Source of the DNA: Candidatus Latescibacterota bacterium
Lineage (GTDB): Bacteria > Latescibacterota > UBA2968 > UBA8231
Reading direction: 5' to 3'
NCBI GenBank assembly: GCA_965221775.1
Contig: CBDCSU010000006.1
Span: 1,152,001-1,216,000 of the forward strand
DNA: 64,000 nt
The notes under the pieces were generated by a model. It was given only the letters and a program-made list of their open reading frames with translations, searched no databases and was not told the DNA's origin. The stretch's first letter is position 1, and each line of letters starts with the position of its first letter. Shown one piece after another: positions 30,806 through 40,258 of this stretch. The translations under genes and the position numbers were made by a program.

Positions 30806-33489
30806 GCACCTTCGAGTTCGCGGAGGTCGCCCGCCTCCCGGCCCCGGGCGACAACGTGGGCATCGCCACGCGGAGGCTCGAGGCCGGCACCCGGGTGGGC
30901 ACCCCCGAGGGAGAGATCACCCTCTCCCACACCCTCATGGAGGGCCACCGCTTCGCCGTGGCCTCGATCCCCCGGGGGCGGGAGCTGCTCTCCTGGGGCC
31001 TGCCCTTCGGCGCCGCCACCGGCGACATCGCTCCCGGCGACTACGTCTGCAACGCGGGGATGCTCGAGGCCCTGGGGGGCCGCCGCCTCGACTTCGAGCT
31101 GCCGGCGGAGGCCAACTTCGAGGACCGGATCACCCCCTACGTCCTCGACGAGGCCGCCTTCGAGCCCGCGGCGCCGCTGCCCCTGGACCCCGATCCACCC
31201 ACCTTCCGCGGCTTCGACCGGGGGCCCCGCGGGGCGGGGACGCGCAACTACGTCGTCGTCATGGGCACCAGCTCGCGCACCGCCGCCTTTGCGCGCCTGC
31301 TGGCGCAGCGTCTCTCGGGAGTGCCGGCGACGGGAGGCTTCGACGGCGTGGTGGCGGTGGCCCACACCGAGGGCGGCGGCGCCGGAAGTCCCAACAACCG
31401 GGATCTGCTGCTGCGCACCCTGGCCGGCTTCGCCGTGCATCCCAACGTGGGAGCCCTGCTGGCCGTCGACTACGGCACCGAGGCGGTGCCGAACCGACTG
31501 TTGGAGGGCTACCTGCGCACCGAGGGCCGTCCCATCGACGCGCTGCCGCACCGGTTCCTCTCCCTCGAAGGCGGGTTCGACCGCCATCTCGACGAGGGCG
31601 AACGCCTGGCCCGCGGCTGGGCCGAGAGCCTTTCGCAGCAGCGGCGGGTCGAGCTGCCGGCGTCGCGGCTGCGGCTGGCCCTGCAGTGCGGCGGCTCCGA
31701 CGCCTTCTCCGGCGTCTCCGGCAATCCCCTGGCGGCCTGGGCGGCGCGCGAGCTGGTCCGCGCCGGAGGGGCGGCGAACCTGGCCGAGACGGACGAGCTC
31801 ATCGGGGCCGAGCCGTACGTCCTCGACCGGGTGCGGGATGCGGCCACCGCCCGGCGCTTCCTGGAGATGGTGCGCCGGTTCAAGGAGCGCGTCGCCTGGC
31901 ACGGCGAGTCGGCCGAGGCCAATCCATCGGGCGGCAACAAGTACCGCGGCCTCTACAACATCGTCCTGAAGTCGATCGGCGCCGCCATGAAGCGCCATCC
32001 CGAGGTGCCCCTCGAGGGCTGCCTGGAGTACTCGCAGCCGATCCCGGCCGGCGGCTTCTGGTTCATGGACTCGCCGGGCAACGACCTGGAGTCGATCGCC
32101 GGCCAGGTGGCCTCGGGCTGCAACGTGATCTACTTCGTCACCGGCAACGGCTCGATCACCAACTTCCCCTTCGTGCCGACGGTGAAGATCGTCACCACCA
32201 CGCCGCGCTTCGATCTGCTCGAAGAGGACATGGACGTCAACGCCGGCGCCTACCAGGACGGCACGTCCATGGACGCCCTGGGACGGGCCCTCTTCGATCT
32301 CACCCTCCAGATCTCCTGCGGGCGCCGCTCCAAGGGAGAGCAGGCGGGGCACTCCCAGGTGTCGATCTGGCGCGACTGGCCCCAGCGGGACACCCGCCGC
32401 CTCGCCGAGCTGCAGTCGGCCCCTCCCCCCCCGGGGGGACCGCTGGCCCTCCGGTCCACGACGGCGCCGCCCGTCTCCTTCGAGGCCCTGGCCGCCGAGA
32501 GCGGCGTCGCCGTCGACCGCGTCGGTCTCGTGCTGCCCACGAGCCTGTGCTCCGGCCAGGTGGCGCGCATGGCGGCGGAGCGCCTCAACGCGGCGGGCCT
32601 GGGGTCCCCGGCGGGGATCTCCCGCTTCGCCGCCCTCGTCCACACCGAGGGCTGCGGCGTCTCGGGCGGGTCCAGCGAGGAGATCTACCGGCGGACGCTG
32701 CTCGGGTACCTCACCCATCCGTCGGTGGCCCTCGCCCTGCTGCTGGAGCACGGCTGCGAGAAGACCCACAACGACTACATGCGCGCCGCCCTCGACGAGG
32801 CGGGGATCGACGGCAGCCGCTACGGCTTCGCCAGCGTCCAGCTCGACGGCGGCATCGAGCGTGTCCTGGAGCGCGTCGAGGGGTGGTTCGCCGAGCGGCT
32901 GGAAGGAGTCCCGGCGCCGCCGGCGGCGCCGGCCGGTCTCGCCGATCTGCGCCTGGGTCTGCTGGCAGCGGGATCGATCCCCGACGAGGCGGCGCGGGCC
33001 TTCGCGCAGCTGACGGGCTGGATCGCCGGCGCCGGCGGCACCGTCGTGGTGCCGGAGGGCGGCCTCGCCGGCGCCCCGGCCTACGCCGCCGCCCTCGGTC
33101 TGCCCGGAGCGCCGGCCCCCACCATCGCCCACGGTGAGAGACCCGCCCGGCCCGGCCTCCACGTGATGGAGGCGCCCATCGAACATTGGACCGAGTCTCT
33201 CTCGGGGTTGGGCGCCACCGGCGTGGAGATCCTCCTGGCCCACGCGGGAGAGCACCCCGTGCAGGGCCATCCGCTGGTCCCCCTGCTCCAGGTGAGCGCT
33301 GTCGAGGAGGTGATCTCGCGCTTCGGGGAAGATCTCGACGGCGCTCTCGAGGAGGGTGACACCCCCTGGGCGGAGGGTTTGCTGGAGCTGGTGCTCGAGG
33401 TGGCGGCGCGACAGCGGCACCCCCGGCTCTGGGAGCGCGGCGTCACCGACTTCCAGATCACCCGGGGCCTGCTGGGCGTGTCGATGTAG
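30802..33489 (+). CDS. UxaA/GarD-family (altronate/galactarate) dehydratase with SAF domain and duplicated C-terminal domain
   Basis: DNVGIA (SAF), GTRNYV, HTEG, LQCGGSDAFSGVSGNP, NPSGGN, KSIGA; second HTEGCG/HGCE block. Confidence 0.85.
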   Translation: MSTFEFAEVARLPAPGDNVGIATRRLEAGTRVGTPEGEITLSHTLMEGHRFAVASIPRGRELLSWGLPFGAATGDIAPGDYVCNAGMLEALGGRRLDFELPAEANFEDRITPYVLDEAAFEPAAPLPLDPDPPTFRGFDRGPRGAGTRNYVVVMGTSSRTAAFARLLAQRLSGVPATGGFDGVVAVAHTEGGGAGSPNNRDLLLRTLAGFAVHPNVGALLAVDYGTEAVPNRLLEGYLRTEGRPIDALPHRFLSLEGGFDRHLDEGERLARGWAESLSQQRRVELPASRLRLALQCGGSDAFSGVSGNPLAAWAARELVRAGGAANLAETDELIGAEPYVLDRVRDAATARRFLEMVRRFKERVAWHGESAEANPSGGNKYRGLYNIVLKSIGAAMKRHPEVPLEGCLEYSQPIPAGGFWFMDSPGNDLESIAGQVASGCNVIYFVTGNGSITNFPFVPTVKIVTTTPRFDLLEEDMDVNAGAYQDGTSMDALGRALFDLTLQISCGRRSKGEQAGHSQVSIWRDWPQRDTRRLAELQSAPPPPGGPLALRSTTAPPVSFEALAAESGVAVDRVGLVLPTSLCSGQVARMAAERLNAAGLGSPAGISRFAALVHTEGCGVSGGSSEEIYRRTLLGYLTHPSVALALLLEHGCEKTHNDYMRAALDEAGIDGSRYGFASVQLDGGIERVLERVEGWFAERLEGVPAPPAAPAGLADLRLGLLAAGSIPDEAARAFAQLTGWIAGAGGTVVVPEGGLAGAPAYAAALGLPGAPAPTIAHGERPARPGLHVMEAPIEHWTESLSGLGATGVEILLAHAGEHPVQGHPLVPLLQVSAVEEVISRFGEDLDGALEEGDTPWAEGLLELVLEVAARQRHPRLWERGVTDFQITRGLLGVSM

Positions 33490-33495
33490 AGCCCC

Positions 33496-34542
33496 TCAGA
33501 GGGCGGGCATCTCGACTCCGAGCTCGGCGGCGACACCGGCGATCTGCTCCCAGGTCGCGTCGGGGATCTCGAAGCCCTCGGCTCGCCTCCGGGCGCGGGT
33601 CTCCTCCTCGATCTCCCCCGGCGCATAGACCTGCGAGAAGCCGGGCAGGGGCCGGGCGGAGGTCACCCAGGCGGCCAGGGCCTCCACCTCCTCCACGTAG
33701 TCCTCGAGGGTGGTGAAGGCCGAGATGTCGATGGCCAGGACCATCACCCCGCCGCCGCCCTGCCCGTCCTGCCGGGTGCATCCCGCGTGGGAGAGGGGGC
33801 CCACCAGCATCTCCACCATCATCGCCAGGCCGGCTCCCTTGTGGCCGAACTGCAGGCCCCCCAGGGGCAGGACGGCGTTGTTGGCGGCGTCGCCGTGGTA
33901 GAGCGCGGCGTCGGTGACGTAGCCGCCGTCGCGGTCGATGACCCAGCCATCGGGCAGTGGATCGTTGCGCACGATCTTCTGCTCGATCTTGCCGCCGGCG
34001 ACGACGGTCATGGTCATGTCGAGCATGAAGGGCGCACCGTCGCGGCGCGGCGCCGAGAAGGCGATCGGTTCGGGCCTGAGACGGCGGTCGGCGCTGCCGT
34101 GGGGGGCCAGGAACAGCCCGCCGCCGTTGAGCCACACCATGCCGATCATTCCCTGCTCGGCGATGCGCGGCGGATAGTCGCCCAGGCGGCCGATGTGGGT
34201 CACCGAGTTCAGACCGACGAAGCCGAAGGTGGCGGCACGGGCCTTCGCCACCGCCAGGTCGACGGCGCGGGTGACGGCGACGATGCCGTTGGCCCCGCGG
34301 CCGTCGATGATCGTCAGGCAGGGGTTCTCGCGCACCACCTCGCGCTGTTCCCAGGGCACGTAGCCGCTGCGCATCTGCCGGGCGTACCCCGGCATGAACC
34401 AGGTGCCGTGCGAGTCGTGTCCCGCCAGATGGCTGTCGACGAGGTGGTCGGCCACGATGCGGGCGTCCTCCTGCGGGATCCCGGTGGCGGCGAAGATGTC
34501 GAAGGCGAGGGGGCGCAGGACTTCCTCGCGGACGATGGGCAT
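33496..34542 (-). CDS. Ldh_2 family oxidoreductase (malate/L-sulfolactate/ureidoglycolate dehydrogenase-like)
   Basis: GHDSHG, THIGRLG, PIAF, LDMT, GHKGAGL, YAPGE. Confidence 0.9.
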   Translation of the reverse strand: MPIVREEVLRPLAFDIFAATGIPQEDARIVADHLVDSHLAGHDSHGTWFMPGYARQMRSGYVPWEQREVVRENPCLTIIDGRGANGIVAVTRAVDLAVAKARAATFGFVGLNSVTHIGRLGDYPPRIAEQGMIGMVWLNGGGLFLAPHGSADRRLRPEPIAFSAPRRDGAPFMLDMTMTVVAGGKIEQKIVRNDPLPDGWVIDRDGGYVTDAALYHGDAANNAVLPLGGLQFGHKGAGLAMMVEMLVGPLSHAGCTRQDGQGGGGVMVLAIDISAFTTLEDYVEEVEALAAWVTSARPLPGFSQVYAPGEIEEETRARRRAEGFEIPDATWEQIAGVAAELGVEMPAL

Positions 34543-34577
34543 GCCGGACTCCTTCGGGCGCGGCTGGGGGGGGCTCT

Positions 34578-35687
34578 TCAGGCCGCCCGCCTCCGCGACA
34601 TCAGGTCGGCGAAGTAGCCGAAGAGGTGGTAGCTGTCGTGGGGGCCCGGGGAGGCTTCGGGGTGGCACTGGATGGAGAACACGGGCAGCTCGCGGTGGTG
34701 CATTCCCTCGACGCAGCCGTCGTTGAGGTTGCGCCGCGTGACCTCCAGGGCATGGGGCATGCTGTCGCCGCGGATGCCCCAGCCGTGGTTCTCCGAGGTG
34801 ATGAGGATGCGGCCGCTGTCACCCTCCTCGATGGGCTGGTTGGCCCCGCGGTGGCCGAACTTGAGCTTGTAGATCTCGGCGCCCAGGGCCAGGCCGAGGA
34901 TCTCGTGGCCCAGGCAGATGCCGAAGATGGGACGATCGGCGCGCTCCACGAGATCGCGGACGGTGTCGATGGCGTAGTGCAGGGGCCGCGGATCTCCGGG
35001 GCCGTTGGACAGGAAGATGCCGTCGGGCTCGCGGGCGAGGGCCTCGTCGGCGGTGGTGGTGGCGGGCACCACGGTGACCCGGCAGCCCTCGGCCACCAGA
35101 CGGCGGATGATGCTGCGCTTGATGCCGTAGTCGAAGGCGACGACGTGGAACCGCGGCGGGCCGTCGGGCTCGCAGTCGTACGGCTCGGCGCAGGTCACGC
35201 CGCGCACCAGGTCGACCCCGACGAGGCCCTCCCAGTCCCCGGCCTTGGCGGTGAGGCTCTTCGGGTCGAGATCACGCGTGCTGACCGCCGCGTTCATGGC
35301 GCCGTGGATCCGCACGCGGCGGGTCAGCTCCCGCGTATCGATGCCCTCGACGCCGACGACGCCATGCTCCTCCAGGTATTCCACCAGGCCGGAGGTGGCC
35401 CGGTGGTTGGACGGCCGCCGACAGCACGCCTTCATCAGGAAGGCGCGCACCTGAGGGCGGTCCGACTCGTCATCCTCGGGGTTGACCCCGTAGTTGCCGA
35501 TGTGAGGATAGGTCATGCACACCATCTGACCGGCGTACGAGGGATCGGTGAGGATCTCCTGGTACCCGGTCATGCTCGTGTTGAAGACCATCTCCCCGAA
35601 GACCTCTCCCTCGGCGCCGACGCCGGTTCCGAAGAAGGTCGTCCCGTCGGCGAGAGCGACGAGGGCGGGCGTGTTCTTGCGAGTCAT
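34578..35687 (-). CDS. carA: Carbamoyl-phosphate synthase small subunit
   Basis: GEMVFNTSMTGYQEILTDPSY, IGNYG, LSNGPGDP, GICLGH, HPEASPGPHD. Confidence 0.97.
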   Translation of the reverse strand: MTRKNTPALVALADGTTFFGTGVGAEGEVFGEMVFNTSMTGYQEILTDPSYAGQMVCMTYPHIGNYGVNPEDDESDRPQVRAFLMKACCRRPSNHRATSGLVEYLEEHGVVGVEGIDTRELTRRVRIHGAMNAAVSTRDLDPKSLTAKAGDWEGLVGVDLVRGVTCAEPYDCEPDGPPRFHVVAFDYGIKRSIIRRLVAEGCRVTVVPATTTADEALAREPDGIFLSNGPGDPRPLHYAIDTVRDLVERADRPIFGICLGHEILGLALGAEIYKLKFGHRGANQPIEEGDSGRILITSENHGWGIRGDSMPHALEVTRRNLNDGCVEGMHHRELPVFSIQCHPEASPGPHDSYHLFGYFADLMSRRRAA

Positions 35688-35695
35688 GGGGGGTC

Positions 35696-35740
35696 AATAT
35701 AACAAGAAGAGGAGCTCCCGGGGTCGGGAACTCCTCTTCT
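35696..35740 (-). terminator. Intrinsic terminator after the SWIB gene, overlapping an extended -10 (TGnTATATT) for carA
   Basis: Minus-strand stem AGAAGAGGAGTTCCCG/CGGGAGCTCCTCTTCT followed by TGTTATATT. Confidence 0.7.
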
Positions 35741-35772
35741 CGATCGAGTGCGGCCTGCCGAATGACCGCGGG

Positions 35773-36264
35773 TCAGGAGAGATGCTGACTCACGAGCTTG
35801 GTCATCTCGAACATGCTGACCTGCTTCTTGCCGCCGAACAGATCCTTGAGCTTGTCGTCGGCATTGATCATCCGCTTGTTCTGACTGTCCTGCAGGTTGT
35901 TTCTCTTGATGTAGCGCCAGAGCTTCTTCACGACCTCTGTCCGAGGCAGCGCCTTGGTTCCCACCACGGGGGCCAGAGCCGCGTCGGGAGTCAGCGGTCT
36001 CATGAACTCGGCGGGCGGCTTCCTCTTCGCCCTCTTCTTAGCGGCTTTTTTTTTTGCTTTCTTCTTGGCCGATTTCTTCTTCGCCGCCTTCTTCCTGGTC
36101 GCCTTCTTCTTCGACGCCTTCTTCTTGGCGGCCTTCTTCTTGGCCGCCTTCTTCGGTGCGGCCTTCCTGGCCGCCTTCTTCCTGGCGGCCTTCTTCTTCG
36201 CCGCCTTCTTCGGTGCGGCCTTCTTCTTCGCCGCTTTCTTCCTGGTGGCCTTGCGCTTCGCCAT
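35773..36264 (-). CDS. Histone H1-like Lys/Ala-rich protein fused to a SWIB/MDM2 domain
   Basis: Long run of KKAA-type repeats, then FMRPLTP...RTEVVKKLWRYIKRNNLQD...INADDKLKDLFGGK..VSMFEM; GGAGAG RBS. Confidence 0.92.
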   Translation of the reverse strand: MAKRKATRKKAAKKKAAPKKAAKKKAARKKAARKAAPKKAAKKKAAKKKASKKKATRKKAAKKKSAKKKAKKKAAKKRAKRKPPAEFMRPLTPDAALAPVVGTKALPRTEVVKKLWRYIKRNNLQDSQNKRMINADDKLKDLFGGKKQVSMFEMTKLVSQHLS

Positions 36265-36534
36265 CTGCTCTCTCCTTATGTGCGCGTGGAGCGGCTCTGC
36301 CGCCTCGCCTGTCGTTGTGCCCGTCGGAAGAAACTCCCCCCACTCCTGCTATGGGCACAAGTCACAATTCGGGCAAAGATAGCCAGAGCGTTTCGAGTCC
36401 GTCAAGGGAGAATTGGTATTGCGTACAGAGGGGAATCGCCCTCTGTACGGGGCGATTCCCCTTGCAGCGCGAGTCGTGGGATGGGTACTTTCTGCGGGTC
36501 TTCCATTCATCGCCCACTTGAACAGGGAGTCCCC

Positions 36535-37347
36535 GTGACGCCAAGCTCGTCAGAGCCCACCATTGCAGTGATCGGCGCGGGCCATCTCGGAGGCTGCCTC
36601 ATCTCGGGTCTGCTGGATTCCGGTTTGTCCGCCCATCGAATGACGGCGGTCGATCTGCTCCACGACCTGCTCGCCCCTCTCGCTCAGCGCGGCCTGTCGA
36701 CCTCCAACGACGTGAGCGCCGTCTCCACGAGCGATGTCGTCTTCATCGCCGTCAAGCCGCAAGTCGCCCGCCAGGTCCTGCGGTCTCTCGCCCCCCACCT
36801 GTCGCCGGAGCAACTCGTCGTCTCGGCCATGGCCGGCGTAACCACCTCCGCCATCGAGGATCTCCTGCCGCCTTCCCAGGCCGTGGTGCGCGTCATGCCG
36901 CAGACGCTGGTACGACTCCGTGCCGGCGCAACCGCTTGCTGCGCCGGGAGCCACGCCGGCCCGGCGGCGGTTGCCGCGGTGCGAGACCTCTTCGGCCGGC
37001 TGGGTACCACGGTGGAGGTCCACGAGTCGCAGATGGACGCCGTCACCGGACTGTCGGGCAGCGGCCCCGCCTACATCTACACGGTGATCGAAGCCCTCGC
37101 CGACGGAGGCGTGGAGGCCGGGCTGGCGCCGGAGGTGGCCATGGCCCTCGCGGCGCAGACCGTGAACGGTGCGGCGCGCATGGTCCAGGAAGGCGTGGCC
37201 TCTCCGGCTGCGCTGCGGGACCAGGTGACCTCCCCCGGCGGCACCACCCTCGCGGGACTGGCGGCCCTGGAGGAAGGCGGCTTGCGCCAGGCCCTGGCAG
37301 CCGCCGTGGCCGCCGCCTCGAAGCGCGCCAAGGAACTGGGAAGCTGA
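36535..37347 (+). CDS. proC: Pyrroline-5-carboxylate reductase
   Basis: IGAGHLG, AVKPQ, RVMP, TGLSGSGPAY, VTSPGGTT. Confidence 0.95.
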   Translation: MTPSSSEPTIAVIGAGHLGGCLISGLLDSGLSAHRMTAVDLLHDLLAPLAQRGLSTSNDVSAVSTSDVVFIAVKPQVARQVLRSLAPHLSPEQLVVSAMAGVTTSAIEDLLPPSQAVVRVMPQTLVRLRAGATACCAGSHAGPAAVAAVRDLFGRLGTTVEVHESQMDAVTGLSGSGPAYIYTVIEALADGGVEAGLAPEVAMALAAQTVNGAARMVQEGVASPAALRDQVTSPGGTTLAGLAALEEGGLRQALAAAVAAASKRAKELGS

Positions 37348-37350
37348 GTC

Positions 37351-37953
37351 GTGATCGCCATCGCCGACTACGGCATGGGCAACCTGCGCAGCGTGGAGAA
37401 GGCTTTCCAGTTCCTCGGTCACGAGGCCGCCATCGTCGAGGATCCGGCCCTCGCGCGCCACGCAACGCATCTCGTGCTTCCGGGTGACGCCGCCTTCGGC
37501 GACGCCATGCGCAACCTGCGCGCCTCCGGGTGGGACCAGGCGATCGCCGATCACTTGCGGGGGGGCCGGCCCTTCCTCGGGATCTGCGTCGGCCTGCAGC
37601 TGATGTTCGCAGCCAGCGAGGAGATGGGGCACCACACCGGCCTGGAGTTGTTCGCCGGCCGCTGCCGCCGGTTTCCGGCGTCGGAGCGAGTGCCCCAGAT
37701 CGGCTGGAACCAGATCTCCATCCAGCGGCAGTGCCCGCTCCTGGAAGGCGTCGAGGAAGGCAGCTTCTTCTACTTCGTCCACTCCTACTACGTTGACGCC
37801 GAGGAGGAGAGCGAGTCGGTGGCGACCACCGAGTACGGCCTCGAGTACACCTCGATCGCCGCCCGCGGCAACCTCTTCGGCGTGCAGTTCCATCCGGAGA
37901 AGAGCCAGAGGGTGGGACTGCGCCTGCTGGCCAACTTCGCCGCTTTCCAGTAG
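37351..37953 (+). CDS. hisH: Imidazole glycerol phosphate synthase, glutaminase subunit
   Basis: DYGMGNLRSV, GICVGLQ, YFVHSY, QFHPEKS. Confidence 0.97.
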   Translation: MIAIADYGMGNLRSVEKAFQFLGHEAAIVEDPALARHATHLVLPGDAAFGDAMRNLRASGWDQAIADHLRGGRPFLGICVGLQLMFAASEEMGHHTGLELFAGRCRRFPASERVPQIGWNQISIQRQCPLLEGVEEGSFFYFVHSYYVDAEEESESVATTEYGLEYTSIAARGNLFGVQFHPEKSQRVGLRLLANFAAFQ

Positions 37954-37971
37954 GTCGGCTGCATCGTAGCC

Positions 37972-38754
37972 ATGCTGGCCAAGCGCATCATCCCCTGCCT
38001 CGACGTAAAGGACGGGCGCAACGTGCGCGGCGTCCGCTTCTCCGCCGACCGCGACGCCGGCGATCCGGTGGAGCTGGCCTCGCGCTACGACCGCGAGGGC
38101 GCCGACGAGCTGGTGTTCTACGACATCACCGCCTCCGCCGACGGCAGGGCGATCGTGATGGACCTGGTGCGGCAGGTGTCGGAGCAGGTCTTCATCCCCC
38201 TCACCGTGGGCGGCGGAATCCGTACCTTCGAGGATGTGCGCGCCATTCTCAAAGGCAGCGCCGACAAAGTCTCCATCAACTCCGCCGCCGTGAGGGACCC
38301 GGAGATCGTCAACCGTTCCGCCGAGAGCTTCGGCAGCCAGTGCATCGTCGGCGCCATCGACGCCCTGCGGCGGCCCCCGGCCGACGGCAACGGGCCGAGT
38401 TGGGAGATCTACGTCGACGGCGGGCGCACGGCGACCGGGATCGACGCCCTCGAATGGGTGACGGAGCTGGTCGAACGGGGCGCCGGCGAGCTGGTCCTCA
38501 ACAGCATCGACGCCGACGGCACGAGAGACGGCTACGACCTGGCCCTCAACCAGGCGGTGGCCCGACGCGTGGGCGTCCCCATCGTCGCCTCCGGGGGCGC
38601 CGGCACGCTGGAGCACATCCACGAGGTGCTCACCGAGGGACAGGCGAGCGCCGCCCTGGCGGCGTCGATCTTCCACTTCGAGGTCTACACCATTCCGCAG
38701 GTGAAGGAATACCTCGCCGAACGCGGCGTCACCGTGCGCCACTACGAGACGTGA
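37972..38754 (+). CDS. hisF: Imidazole glycerol phosphate synthase, cyclase subunit
   Basis: [46 protein letters not shown]. Confidence 0.97.
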   Translation: MLAKRIIPCLDVKDGRNVRGVRFSADRDAGDPVELASRYDREGADELVFYDITASADGRAIVMDLVRQVSEQVFIPLTVGGGIRTFEDVRAILKGSADKVSINSAAVRDPEIVNRSAESFGSQCIVGAIDALRRPPADGNGPSWEIYVDGGRTATGIDALEWVTELVERGAGELVLNSIDADGTRDGYDLALNQAVARRVGVPIVASGGAGTLEHIHEVLTEGQASAALAASIFHFEVYTIPQVKEYLAERGVTVRHYET

Positions 38755-38789
38755 ACCACGCACCCGAGACCCGGCCGCGGGCCCGGCGC

Positions 38790-39893
38790 ATGTCCGGCGT
38801 GCGCCGCGTGGTCGTCAAGATCGGCTCCACCAGCGTCGCCGGAGAGGCCAACCAGCTGCACCGGCCCACCGTGCGCCGGCTGGTGCGCGAGGTCTGCGGC
38901 CTCAGGGAGCGCGGCCTCGAGGTGGCCGTCGTCTCCTCGGGAGCGGTGGCCGCGGGCATGGGCCGCCTGGGACTGAGCGAGCGCCCCCGGTCGATCGCCG
39001 ATCTACAGGCGGTGGCCGCCGTCGGCCAGAACCTGCTGGTCACCACCTACGAGAGCCTCTTCGCCCGCCGCGGCGTTGCCGTGGGGCAGGTCCTGCTGAC
39101 GGCGGGGGACATACTCGAGGACCGGCAGCGCTACGTGAACCTGCGCAACACCTTCCGGCAGCTCTTCGCCCTCGGCGCGGTGCCGCTGATCAACGAGAAC
39201 GACTCCGTGGGCGTGGCCGAGCTCAAGCGCTCCCTGGGCGACAACGACATGCTCGCCGCGTACGTGGCCAACCTGGTCCACGCCGAGCTGCTGGTCATCC
39301 TCTCCGACGTGGAGGGGCTCTACCGCCGCTACGCCAACGGCCGCGGCGACGAGTTGCTGCGCGAGATCTCCCCCGAAGACGACGTGAGCCGCTCGGTGAG
39401 CCGCGCCGCCAACCGGCTGGGGCGCGGCGGCATGGCGACCAAGGTGAGGGCGGCGCAGCTGCTGATGGCGTGCGGCGAGATGACGGTCATCGCCCACGCC
39501 CGCAAGCACGGCCTGGGGGAGATCCTCGACGGCGGCGAGGTGGGCACGCTCTTCGTGCCCGCGGGACGGCGCATGGGCAGCCGCAAGCGCTGGATCGGCT
39601 TCGCCTCCCCGCCGCGGGGGAGCGTCACCGTCGACGCCGGCGCCGTGGCCGCCCTCAAGCTGCGCGGCGGCAGCCTGCTGCCGGCGGGAGTCACCGCCTG
39701 CTCCGGGACCTTCCGCGCCGGCGACGTGGTGCGCGTCGAGGACGACCAGGGCCGCGAGGTGGCCCGCGGCATGAGCCGCTACGGGGCGGGGGAGGTGGGC
39801 CGCATCCTCGGACGCAGCTCGCCCGAGGTGGCCAGCATCCTCGGACAGCCGCCCCTCGAAGTGATCCACCGCGACGACCTGGTGCTCACCTGA
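38790..39893 (+). CDS. proB: Glutamate 5-kinase with PUA domain
   Basis: VVKIGS, VSSGAV, INENDSV, GDND, GGMATK, C-terminal PUA ending IHRDDLV. Confidence 0.96.
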   Translation: MSGVRRVVVKIGSTSVAGEANQLHRPTVRRLVREVCGLRERGLEVAVVSSGAVAAGMGRLGLSERPRSIADLQAVAAVGQNLLVTTYESLFARRGVAVGQVLLTAGDILEDRQRYVNLRNTFRQLFALGAVPLINENDSVGVAELKRSLGDNDMLAAYVANLVHAELLVILSDVEGLYRRYANGRGDELLREISPEDDVSRSVSRAANRLGRGGMATKVRAAQLLMACGEMTVIAHARKHGLGEILDGGEVGTLFVPAGRRMGSRKRWIGFASPPRGSVTVDAGAVAALKLRGGSLLPAGVTACSGTFRAGDVVRVEDDQGREVARGMSRYGAGEVGRILGRSSPEVASILGQPPLEVIHRDDLVLT

Positions 39894-40249
39894 TGGCCAA
39901 GCGGACCCCCGCCGACCCGCCGGCGACCGACCCCCTGGCCAGCGAACCGCCGAGGGTGCGGCCGTGGACGGTGGCCGCCGTCCTCCTCGCGGCCGCCGCC
40001 TGGGGCTACCTGATCTTCGGCGAGGAGGGCGGCTGGGTGGAGCTGCAGGACCACGGCGCGCGCCTGGCCGAGCTGGAGGCGGAAGTGGCCCGCCTGGAGG
40101 CGCAGAACGACAGCATGCGGCAGGTTCTCCACCGGCTGGAGAACGACCCCGCGTTCCTCGAAAAGCTGGCGCGCGAGCAGTTCGGCATGTCCAGGCCCGG
40201 AGAGCGGCTGTACCGCATCCGTGGACCGGACGGTTCCGGCGGCCAGTAG
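39893..40249 (+). CDS. ftsB: Septum formation initiator (FtsB/DivIC family)
   Basis: TM helix, coiled coil, LEKLAREQFGMSRPGE. Confidence 0.85.
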   Translation: MAKRTPADPPATDPLASEPPRVRPWTVAAVLLAAAAWGYLIFGEEGGWVELQDHGARLAELEAEVARLEAQNDSMRQVLHRLENDPAFLEKLAREQFGMSRPGERLYRIRGPDGSGGQ

Positions 40250-40258
40250 CGGCGGCGC

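Noticed and set aside
36040-36260. CRISPR-like or satellite repeat (CTTCTTCGCCGC units)
   Set aside because: Coding repeats of the Lys/Ala-rich protein; no spacers and no cas genes.
34578-38754. carA without carB, and hisHF without hisA
   Set aside because: Scattered biosynthetic genes are common; not informative without the rest of the genome.
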